Part shown: in pieces, positions 8,983 to 16,699 of the stretch | Layout: every line of letters begins with the position of its first letter | How positions within the stretch are numbered: position 1 is the stretch's first letter | Virus record (IMG/VR): IMGVR_UViG_3300012953_000157 | Location: 1 to 29,001 of that record | Length of the DNA: 29,001 nt | Reading direction: 5' to 3' (one strand) | From: a virus | Lineage: Duplodnaviria > Caudoviricetes | Program-made: the position numbers and the translations under genes | Notes under the pieces: generated by a model | What the model saw: only the letters and a program-made list of their open reading frames with translations | Told to the model about the DNA's origin: nothing | Databases searched by the model: none

Positions 8983-9551
8983 TGAGGCATATTGTAGTTT
9001 TCATCATTGGACCCCCAGGTGTAGGGAAAACATCTATCTGCAAAACAGTGCTTAATGAATGGGATAAATCATTAGTTGCAAAACCGAAGTGGACTTTATG
9101 TCCACCATACGCTCTCGCCGGACACTATTGTGGTACCATTCATGATGGGGCAGACAACGTAGGGTTTCATGCTGCACTTGAAACCCTAGAGTACTGGAGG
9201 GACTTCATAGTGACTGATGATGACTACAAATACACGATTCTTGACGGAAGCAGATTCTCTACAAAAAATGTATACGATTTGATGGAAAAGGATAAAGATC
9301 TGCTGTCACTTTGTGTTTATATCAAGGCCAAAGAAGAGGAACTTGAGAAGCGAAGAAAAGACAGGGGAACCACTCAAAATGCCGCATGGGTTAAGGGTTG
9401 CGTTACCAAGGCTGATAAATTCTATGGATACTTCCCAGAAGAAAGAAGAATGGAAGTGCAGAATCCACAGAGGAAAGATTCAGAATGGTCATGCGAAATA
9501 AAGGACACGGTTGATGAGTGGATAAGGGTAAACCACTCAATAGACGACTAA
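8982..9551 (+). CDS. P-loop nucleotide kinase of the base-hypermodification type
   Basis: Walker A 'IIGPPGVGKT', 'LAGHY...DGADNV', 'ILDGSRFS', lid-like 'RRKDRGTTQNAAWVKG..TK'. Translationally coupled to the dioxygenase. Confidence 0.8.
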   Translation: MRHIVVFIIGPPGVGKTSICKTVLNEWDKSLVAKPKWTLCPPYALAGHYCGTIHDGADNVGFHAALETLEYWRDFIVTDDDYKYTILDGSRFSTKNVYDLMEKDKDLLSLCVYIKAKEEELEKRRKDRGTTQNAAWVKGCVTKADKFYGYFPEERRMEVQNPQRKDSEWSCEIKDTVDEWIRVNHSIDD

Positions 9552-9554
9552 ACA

Positions 9555-10733
9555 ATGAACCTACGACCAGATGAAAACTTAGACTACAGACAGAAAGAAA
9601 ATAGAGAACGGGCGTTCCTGCTGATGTATGCGGCCATGTTGGAGACTGGCGAATTGCATCAGCAATTTAGGTTAATGCTTAGAGCAATAAGGGAAGATGA
9701 TTCCTATATGAAAAACTCTAAGGCAAAGCGTGTTGAAATTGAACTCTGGTTGGCCTTCTTATGGGGTGCTTGCTATAACGGAGTAGGTCCATGGACAATT
9801 ATATCTAAGTTTCCTCTTCCACCAACAGGAAGAGTATCTATGAATAGGTTCAAAGAGTGGTACAACTTGAACTTTTCACGGATTCGCTTTGATACTGATT
9901 GTAGGTACCGAAAGTCTAAGATGATTCAGTGTGTTGAGTCTTATGTATCTAAAATCAAGATGCATGGTTCCCAATACAAAATGATCGTAAATACAGCGCG
10001 AGGTGAAAAAGATGGCCTGTTTAGCAATCTCTGGGGTTTATCATTATCTATCAAATACTTTGGCCGTCTGGCAGCGTGGAATCACCTTGAAGCGGCGGCG
10101 CTTGTGCTTTATGATTACTCTGTTTACTTTGATGCTGATGACTTGATGCTTGAGGATATTACTGGATCTGAAAGCAACAGAAATGGTGTGGCGTGGGTTG
10201 CTGGACGCGAGGACTTGTGTACGAAGAAAGGAATAAAGAAAAACGGTGAAGCTATATCAGAGCAAGAACTGGACCTTCTTATTGAGTACTCAAATAACTT
10301 ATGGTTCAAGTCGCAGGACATCCTTTTTAGGGTCAACGCTAAAAAGACTCTATTTAATTTTGAGACAGCGCTGTGCTGGTTCAAGAAGATGATCAGCAGA
10401 ACATCGCATTCAAGATACCTTGGATGGGATGGCGACAGAACCTGGAATGAACTCAAGTATCTTGAAAAGGAATGGAAAGACGTTGATGTTCAACCTCTTT
10501 GGGAGGCAAGAAAACTTGAGGTCCCAGAAACCCTTCTGTGTGAACATTATCCAAATGATATGGAGATGGGAGAAAGCAAAGAAAGAATGAAGTCCTTTTG
10601 TGAAAAAGGAATGATGCCTGAAGTGATGGCGTATCGTGATGGCGTAGTTTGCGTGCTGTCTGATTGGATCAGCGAAGACGAGGACTGTCCAGCCTGTGAT
10701 TGCTCTCCATGTGATTGCGAATGGGGAAACTAA
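9555..10733 (+). CDS. aGPT-Pplase (clade 2-like) / amino acid:DNA transferase-like protein, HhH-glycosylase fold
   Basis: Motifs 'WLAFLWGACYN', 'FDTDCRYRK', 'IKYFGRLAAWNHLE' (HhH with a conserved Glu), 'SNRNG', 'FETALCWFKK', 'RYLGWD'. Adjacent to the kinase and TET/JBP genes. Confidence 0.75.
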   Translation: MNLRPDENLDYRQKENRERAFLLMYAAMLETGELHQQFRLMLRAIREDDSYMKNSKAKRVEIELWLAFLWGACYNGVGPWTIISKFPLPPTGRVSMNRFKEWYNLNFSRIRFDTDCRYRKSKMIQCVESYVSKIKMHGSQYKMIVNTARGEKDGLFSNLWGLSLSIKYFGRLAAWNHLEAAALVLYDYSVYFDADDLMLEDITGSESNRNGVAWVAGREDLCTKKGIKKNGEAISEQELDLLIEYSNNLWFKSQDILFRVNAKKTLFNFETALCWFKKMISRTSHSRYLGWDGDRTWNELKYLEKEWKDVDVQPLWEARKLEVPETLLCEHYPNDMEMGESKERMKSFCEKGMMPEVMAYRDGVVCVLSDWISEDEDCPACDCSPCDCEWGN

Positions 10734-10827
10734 TTAAAGAACCAATTCTGTTGGTAAAACTCTTAATAAAATAGACAGAAATTTTCTATCAATGGTGCTA
10801 CAGTTTCTGTAAGGGGATGGACGCGAG

Positions 10828-11328
10828 ATGTGTGATAAATCGACATTGCAGGTGGTTGTAGGAAACGCGGCTCTTATGCCGAGACGTGGAAGAGAAGGTG
10901 ACGCGGGCATCGATCTGTTTTGTGAAGTATTCCATGCTGGTGCAACAAGAGTAAAGGTTCGGGATGGGAAGGCCACCTTTTGTTGCGATGAAGATCCTGC
11001 TATGGTGCTTGACCCCGGATCAAGAGTAATGATACCGACAGGGGTTAGTCTGGCAATTCCTAGTGGATATGCGGGAATTATCAAGAGCAGATCAGGTAAA
11101 CTAAGTAAAGAGGGGTTGTTCTGTGACGGGGTTATCGATTCAAATTATCGAGGTGAAATATTCATTATCGCCACAAATATAGGAACCAAAACGATAACAA
11201 TCCGACAATATGAAAAGATAGCTCAGATGTTAATTGTTCCTATTTTGGATATTAAAATAGAGCAGGTCCATCACCTTAAGGACAGCAACAGGGGTGATAA
11301 AGGCTTTGGGAGCAGTGGTAGCTTTTAA
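10828..11328 (+). CDS. dut: Trimeric dUTPase
   Basis: All five motifs present: AGIDL, SRSG, GVIDSNYRGEI, IAQML, RGDKGFGSSG. Confidence 0.95.
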   Translation: MCDKSTLQVVVGNAALMPRRGREGDAGIDLFCEVFHAGATRVKVRDGKATFCCDEDPAMVLDPGSRVMIPTGVSLAIPSGYAGIIKSRSGKLSKEGLFCDGVIDSNYRGEIFIIATNIGTKTITIRQYEKIAQMLIVPILDIKIEQVHHLKDSNRGDKGFGSSGSF

Positions 11329-11377
11329 TAGCTTCTAGAGGTATTCCGTGATACTTTCAAGGGTATTGGAGGTATCT

Positions 11378-13240
11378 ATGAGCAAGATTCAGTTGCTTGA
11401 ATCGCCGGTCCTAGAGTTAGGAACAAAAGAAGAACCACCTGGTGAGCAGGCTAGTTGGCTCACAATGCCGCCTAATTTTGATGCAAGATCAAGGCTGGGA
11501 TTGTCTAATGCCTATGTCTCTGGTGAATCTGGTTATAGCCCGGCCGGAACCTACTACAATAGGCAATATAGAGAACTTCTACCGTATCAGTATTGGAAGC
11601 TTTATCGGACCAGCCCCGATGTTAGGGCTTGTGTAGACTCTATAACCAGACGCGTTAGCACTTGGGACTGGTATTGCAAGCCAAACATAGATCCATCAGA
11701 CCCGCGTTATTTGGAAATATTAGAAGTCGCCAAGAAAGTGCAGGATTGGCTCATAATCCCAAATGAAGACAACGAGACGTGGCAGGAACTAACCCAGAAA
11801 TTTGTTTTGGATATATTGCTATATGATTCTGGGGTTATTGAAAAAGTAAAAGATGCAAATGGAGATATAAAAGAACTTGTCGCTTATCTTGGATGTGAGT
11901 TTTTTCCAATTGTAGATCCGCATGGAAGCCTGATGGAATACGTTCAGATCACAGAAGACTGGAGTGTTCCAGCGATGAAGCTTAACGGCGAAGTTATCAT
12001 CAACGAAACTTTTCCAAAAGACGACATTCTTTATTTTAAGTTATTTCCTAACACCCGCTCATCTGTCGGGTTTCCTCTGCTTGAAAGCGTAATCAATGAG
12101 TGTATGACTGTATTACTGGGAAGTCAGCATGCAGTTCAAGCCCTGGACGCAGATGAGGTCCCGCCGGGAATTTTAGTTATCGGGGGCATCGCGGGTGCGG
12201 CAGCAGACAGAGCTAAAGCTGAATTGAAAGCACTAAGAGGAAAGGATCACAAGATCCGATTGCTAAATTCTGCACAGCCAGATGGCGTGGATGCTAAGTG
12301 GGTAGAGTTGCGGCACACACCCAAAGACCTTGAAATGATCGATGTCTTAAAACAGATGCAGCGTGCTATATGGCGTGTTTTCGGCGTTATGCCAGTTGAA
12401 CTGGGCGAAATGGGAACGATGCCACGCGCTACCGCTAATGCCCAATTAGACGTTTCATCGTCTCACTTAATCGTTCCAATCCTAGAACTTATTCAAGCCA
12501 AGTACAATAATTCTGTAATTCCAGAAGTTACAAGATTATTTGGAGAGGAGTATGTAGGGCTAATAAACTTCCATTTTGATCGTGAATCAAGGCTTACTGC
12601 AACAGAGCAGTACGATATGGCAAGAAAGCATGAAGTACTCGTAAAGTCGGGGATCATGACCATCAATGAGGCGCGATTTGAAGCAGGATTAATGCCGGTT
12701 GACGGGGGTGACACGAATATGATTGAAACTGCTCTTGGCCCCATGTCTCTTCAGAATATGGTTGACGGCATTACCCCTGCGGACGTGTGGGTTAGTGACA
12801 AGCAGGGAAAAGAAGAAGCAGAAACCGAAGAAATAGAATTGACTGCGATCAGGGCGGTGGGTGATAAAGATCCTACTAATTTTCCTAAAAAAGGAGACAA
12901 CAAAAAGGTTTCCTTAAGAAACTCTGAATATGCTGTGTTTGACAGAAAGTTCGCAGAGATGATCAAGAATGATTATCCTGAAATTTGGAGAAAGGGCGGA
13001 AACACCCTTGGCAACAAGCAGTATTCTCGTCTAATAAATGTATTAGATAAGGGTGAAGTTGAATCTGAAACAGACGAGTTGGCAGTAAGGCTAAGAGAAG
13101 CTTGGTCCGCTCGACACTACAAGGACTTTAGAATTGCAGGTGTTATCGCGCAAATCAAATGGCTAACAGTTGGTTCACGCGGTGAGGCTTACATGAAAGA
13201 TCTTGTTAGAGAGCAGATAAGCAAATTAAAGGATAAATAA
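11378..13240 (+). CDS. Portal protein (HK97-like) with a C-terminal extra domain
   Basis: 'PDVRACVDSITRRVS', 'GFPLLES', 'PPGILVI', 'KDLEMID...AIWRVFGVMPVELG', 'GIMTINEARFEAGLMPVDGGD'. ATG 11378 has a GGAGG RBS and is preferred over GTG 11348. Confidence 0.92.
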   Translation: MSKIQLLESPVLELGTKEEPPGEQASWLTMPPNFDARSRLGLSNAYVSGESGYSPAGTYYNRQYRELLPYQYWKLYRTSPDVRACVDSITRRVSTWDWYCKPNIDPSDPRYLEILEVAKKVQDWLIIPNEDNETWQELTQKFVLDILLYDSGVIEKVKDANGDIKELVAYLGCEFFPIVDPHGSLMEYVQITEDWSVPAMKLNGEVIINETFPKDDILYFKLFPNTRSSVGFPLLESVINECMTVLLGSQHAVQALDADEVPPGILVIGGIAGAAADRAKAELKALRGKDHKIRLLNSAQPDGVDAKWVELRHTPKDLEMIDVLKQMQRAIWRVFGVMPVELGEMGTMPRATANAQLDVSSSHLIVPILELIQAKYNNSVIPEVTRLFGEEYVGLINFHFDRESRLTATEQYDMARKHEVLVKSGIMTINEARFEAGLMPVDGGDTNMIETALGPMSLQNMVDGITPADVWVSDKQGKEEAETEEIELTAIRAVGDKDPTNFPKKGDNKKVSLRNSEYAVFDRKFAEMIKNDYPEIWRKGGNTLGNKQYSRLINVLDKGEVESETDELAVRLREAWSARHYKDFRIAGVIAQIKWLTVGSRGEAYMKDLVREQISKLKDK

Positions 13241-13275
13241 ATATTTGTTATCCTGGTCTTAATTAAGGGGACGAA

Positions 13276-15069
13276 ATGTCAACGAAGAAATTTGAGATTA
13301 CTACAGTTAAGGGAAGCGCTACTGTTCTTGCAGAACGAAGCGAGGACTTTGAAAACCAATACAAGGGCCAATCAAAGATATGGTTCGAATACTCAGCCTT
13401 CCCTGTGTGTTTCCAGCCCACCAAAGATTCAGATGGTGATGAGGACATCAGGGAAAACCCATCCGTTCTCGAAAGCCGAGTAATTGAGGGTGTAGCATCT
13501 TCTCTTAGCAAGGATTCACATGGGACCGAAATGTCTATGGGTGCTTTGGTAAGTATGGCGGTCCAGATGAAACGGGGAATCCCGTATCTTCCTTCACATG
13601 ATAGGAGGGAATGGGACGACGTTATGGGTAAAACATTTGACGCCGAAGTTAGTCAAGGACTTCTCCGTGCTTCTGTACAACTTTATGATATCGACATGTC
13701 CAACAAATTGATTGACAGAGTTGGCAAGGGTCAAACCATAGGATGGTCAATTGGGGGATGGTTTACAGACCTAACTTTCGTCACAAATGCTGATGATGAA
13801 GTAGAGAGAGTAATTGTTGAAGGTGTAGAATTAGACCATCTGGCAACAACCCGAAGACCTAGCAATCCAGACACCTGGATTTCCCAGATTAGATGCGTTG
13901 AAGAGAAAGTAGAAGTTAGAGAACAAATTGAGGAAGAGGCTGGTTTTGAGGAAGCAGAAGATTCTGGTGAGACAGAGGATAGAAAGGTAATACCTTATAG
14001 AAATCTACCTTTGGCACCAGAAGACACCAAGTGGTCCTGGAACACTACAACTCAAAATGCCATCTTAGGAAAAGATGACGATTGGGGAAGATATAAAAAG
14101 GCACACGCTTGGTTTAATCCAGAAAAAAGAGACACTAAGGAAGGATATAAATTGCCGTTTGCAGCCATTGTGGATGGGCAATTAAAAGTTGTTTGGCGCG
14201 GCGTTGCTGCGGCCATGGGTGCTTTGCTGGGTGCTAGAGGCGGGGTCAATATACCTGAGGAAGAAAAGCAGGGTGTCTACAACTTGTTAGTGAGATACTA
14301 CAAGCGGTTCGACAAACCAGCACCTGACTTTAAAGAAATGTCCGAAGAAGAACTTAACGCTCTGGAAGAGAGACATGTAATTAGTGTCACAGAAGATGAA
14401 AACACTGTAGTTGTTGCATACGCAAAGATGCACGACAATCCAGAAGCTGATGAGGAATACGAATCAGGATACGGAAAAGACAAGAAGAAAAAGAAATATA
14501 AAGAGGATGATACACAAATGGTTGATAAAACAGAAGAACGTGATACACTCACTGTTGATAGTGCTGACGCCAATCAAGGCGCTGAGAATTTAGAAGAACA
14601 AACCCAAGAGGATTCCATCATGGATGAAAAATTTGCTAGCGAAATTCGCAGCGGTCTTGAGGGCATCACTACCTTGATTGGTCAGTTGGCAGAGCGTGTC
14701 ACTGCAGTTGAGGAGAGAGCCGAAGAAACCCCTGTGGTAGTTGAAGAAGTTGTTGACAACAACGAAGAGTTAGATGCTGTGCGTTCTGAGTTGGAGAAAT
14801 TCCAAGCCATGAATGCTGAACTGAAGACTACTTTGGACCGTATGTCTAAACTTCCACTTAGAAGAAGCTTAGTTCAAGCGAACCGAGTAAAAAACACATC
14901 ACAATTCGAGAGAAATGTTGATTCTTCATTTCCTGCCCACAGCGCTACCGCTTCTTCTTTGAAGCAAAACGTGGCTGTTCTTAACGAAAAAACTTCCAAC
15001 AGAAGTGAGTTACAAGACGCATTAAGAGCAGTTCTTAATGCTGCTGAAGCTGACGGATTTATTGGATAA
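13276..15069 (+). CDS. Prohead maturation protease fused to an extra domain and a coiled-coil scaffold
   Basis: HK97-type protease motifs 'IEGVASS..KDSHG', 'SHD', 'GWSIGG', 'LDHLATTRRPSNP'; acidic linkers; C-terminal coiled coil. Lies between portal and capsid genes. Confidence 0.85.
   Translation: MSTKKFEITTVKGSATVLAERSEDFENQYKGQSKIWFEYSAFPVCFQPTKDSDGDEDIRENPSVLESRVIEGVASSLSKDSHGTEMSMGALVSMAVQMKRGIPYLPSHDRREWDDVMGKTFDAEVSQGLLRASVQLYDIDMSNKLIDRVGKGQTIGWSIGGWFTDLTFVTNADDEVERVIVEGVELDHLATTRRPSNPDTWISQIRCVEEKVEVREQIEEEAGFEEAEDSGETEDRKVIPYRNLPLAPEDTKWSWNTTTQNAILGKDDDWGRYKKAHAWFNPEKRDTKEGYKLPFAAIVDGQLKVVWRGVAAAMGALLGARGGVNIPEEEKQGVYNLLVRYYKRFDKPAPDFKEMSEEELNALEERHVISVTEDENTVVVAYAKMHDNPEADEEYESGYGKDKKKKKYKEDDTQMVDKTEERDTLTVDSADANQGAENLEEQTQEDSIMDEKFASEIRSGLEGITTLIGQLAERVTAVEERAEETPVVVEEVVDNNEELDAVRSELEKFQAMNAELKTTLDRMSKLPLRRSLVQANRVKNTSQFERNVDSSFPAHSATASSLKQNVAVLNEKTSNRSELQDALRAVLNAAEADGFIG
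14522..14549 (+). promoter_or_regulatory. Putative internal sigma70-type promoter for scaffold and capsid
   Basis: TTGATA (14522-14527), 16-nt spacer, TGa-TACACT extended -10 (14541-14549), upstream of an internal RBS and ATG. Confidence 0.45.
14620..15069 (+). CDS. Probable nested scaffold protein (in-frame internal start, MDEKFASEIR...)
   Basis: GAGGA at 14608-14612, 7 nt before in-frame ATG 14620; 149-aa coiled-coil product. Analogous to lambda C/Nu3. Confidence 0.55.
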   Translation: MDEKFASEIRSGLEGITTLIGQLAERVTAVEERAEETPVVVEEVVDNNEELDAVRSELEKFQAMNAELKTTLDRMSKLPLRRSLVQANRVKNTSQFERNVDSSFPAHSATASSLKQNVAVLNEKTSNRSELQDALRAVLNAAEADGFIG

Positions 15070-15081
15070 TAGGGGATTACC

Positions 15082-16131
15082 ATGAGTATTCATACACCAA
15101 AATGGGGAAATCTTTCCCCTGAAAGAAGACAAGCGTTTGAGCGTACTATCACCAGTGCTGCTGGTGGCGGTTCAAACTTAATCCAAGATTATATCAGCAG
15201 AGTAATCGAGCAATTAACTCTTAGAGAGTTTGGCTTGACTTCTGTGTTGGACAGAAAGCGTGGATCTGGTTCACAAGTTCTGATCAATGACAGAACTCCA
15301 GGTGCTGCTGGCGCTACTTGGCTTGCCGACAACGCTGCACCAACAGAGTACACAGGAACTTACTCAAGAAGCAGTCTTCCATTCCAAACTTTGGCAACTA
15401 GAGGTACTGTTAGCCGTAAGCTTATGGCTATGGGTGCATCTTACTCTGATATTCTCGCTGACGAGATGGCTGCTAAAGCAGAAGATTTTGTCTATGAGTT
15501 AGAGACTGGTGCTGCTATTGGTATCAGCACTGCTGGTATCGGTACTGCCAATGAGTTTGAGTGCAACGGCTTTCTTACTCAAGTTAATGCCGCTGGTACA
15601 GATCAGCTAGTTGACGTGTCCACGTCTGGTCCTGTTGCTGCTGGAGCCTTGACTCTTGCCGCAATGGACGAAATGATTGATAAGGTCAAAGGTTCCATGG
15701 TTAAGAGCGATTTGGTTATCGTTGTTTCCCAAGCAATGGGGAGAGCATTGAATGCACTTCTCGACCAGAACCAAAGATTTGTCAACATGGTTGAAATCGC
15801 TGCTGGATTTAGAGTTAAAAGTTACGATGGAATTCCAATTGTGACTTCAACTGCTATGCCAGACAACGGCGCACTTCCTGCTGCTGGCGCAATTCCTGTT
15901 GCAACAGACACTAACCGTCTTGATGCTTGGAATACCGCTGGTACTAACTCAGGCTCAATCTTGTGCTTAAACAGAAGATATGCCTGGATTGAAGAGTTGA
16001 CACCAATGACAGTTCTGCCATTGGCTAAGACTACTTCTGCCAGTGATTCTTTCGATATGTACATGGATCTTGCTTACGTTCTCAGCAACAGCAAAGGCGG
16101 AGCAGCCATCATCGGGGTATCTTCCGCATAA
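15082..16131 (+). CDS. Major capsid protein (HK97 fold)
   Basis: 349 aa following the scaffold; 'LIQDYISRVIEQL', 'ECNGFLTQ', 'LTLAAMDEMIDKV', 'RVKSYDGIPIVTS', 'PLAKT'. GCT/ACT/GGT-biased codons suggest high expression. Confidence 0.9.
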   Translation: MSIHTPKWGNLSPERRQAFERTITSAAGGGSNLIQDYISRVIEQLTLREFGLTSVLDRKRGSGSQVLINDRTPGAAGATWLADNAAPTEYTGTYSRSSLPFQTLATRGTVSRKLMAMGASYSDILADEMAAKAEDFVYELETGAAIGISTAGIGTANEFECNGFLTQVNAAGTDQLVDVSTSGPVAAGALTLAAMDEMIDKVKGSMVKSDLVIVVSQAMGRALNALLDQNQRFVNMVEIAAGFRVKSYDGIPIVTSTAMPDNGALPAAGAIPVATDTNRLDAWNTAGTNSGSILCLNRRYAWIEELTPMTVLPLAKTTSASDSFDMYMDLAYVLSNSKGGAAIIGVSSA

Positions 16132-16148
16132 TCAATAGCGGATATATC

Positions 16149-16199
16149 TTGAAAAGAGGGTGTACTCATTGTTATAATGACAATGGATACACCCTCTTT
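16149..16199 (+). promoter_or_regulatory. 22-bp imperfect inverted repeat overlapping a near-consensus sigma70 promoter
   Basis: 16153-16174 pairs with 16178-16199 (1 mismatch, 2 G-U). TTGAAA (16149-16154), 18-nt spacer, TGt-TATAAT (16170-16178). Confidence 0.7.
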
Positions 16200-16219
16200 C
16201 ACCATGTAAAGGAAAATAA

Positions 16220-16699
16220 ATGACACAACAAGCGCAACAAGCCCCATCTAGAGAAACATATAACTACGTTCTGTATCTGGATGGAAAAACCCCATATGGG
16301 GACTGGGCGTTCGCAAGCTATGCGGAATCAGTCAAATCCAAGCCGATCCAGTACAGAGATAACGTTTATCCTGTAATCTTCTTAAAAACACGCGCAGCAA
16401 TGATGACTGCCTGGAGAAGGGGGTGGACTGATCTAACAGAGCAGTGGTTCACATGGCTAGATGAAGTGACACCAAAGCCCACCACCGATTCTCAACAACA
16501 AATAATAGAACACATGAAAAATGGGTCCAATGAAATTTCAGCAGGAAATACTGAATATCAGTGGTATACAAAGTCTAGTGTTCTTCAGGCTACTGGAGTG
16601 GCAGAAACCATATGGAGAACAGCCATCAAAACGCTTCTTGAAAGGGACTTGGTAGAGAAAACTGGATTCGGGAAAGCTACCAAGTATAGGTTAAAATAA
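16220..16699 (+). CDS. Hypothetical protein with a C-terminal winged-helix-like domain
   Basis: AAGGA RBS; C-terminal 'QQQIIEHMK...YTKSSVLQATGVAETIWRTAIKTLLERDLVEKTGFGKATKYRL' resembles a wHTH. Confidence 0.65.
   Translation: MTQQAQQAPSRETYNYVLYLDGKTPYGDWAFASYAESVKSKPIQYRDNVYPVIFLKTRAAMMTAWRRGWTDLTEQWFTWLDEVTPKPTTDSQQQIIEHMKNGSNEISAGNTEYQWYTKSSVLQATGVAETIWRTAIKTLLERDLVEKTGFGKATKYRLK

Noticed and set aside
15016-15030. GACGCATTAAGAGCA upstream of the capsid start as another copy of the leader element
   Set aside because: It matches only loosely, lies in coding sequence and lacks the CGCC/GGYG stem; a 5-mer match alone is expected by chance.
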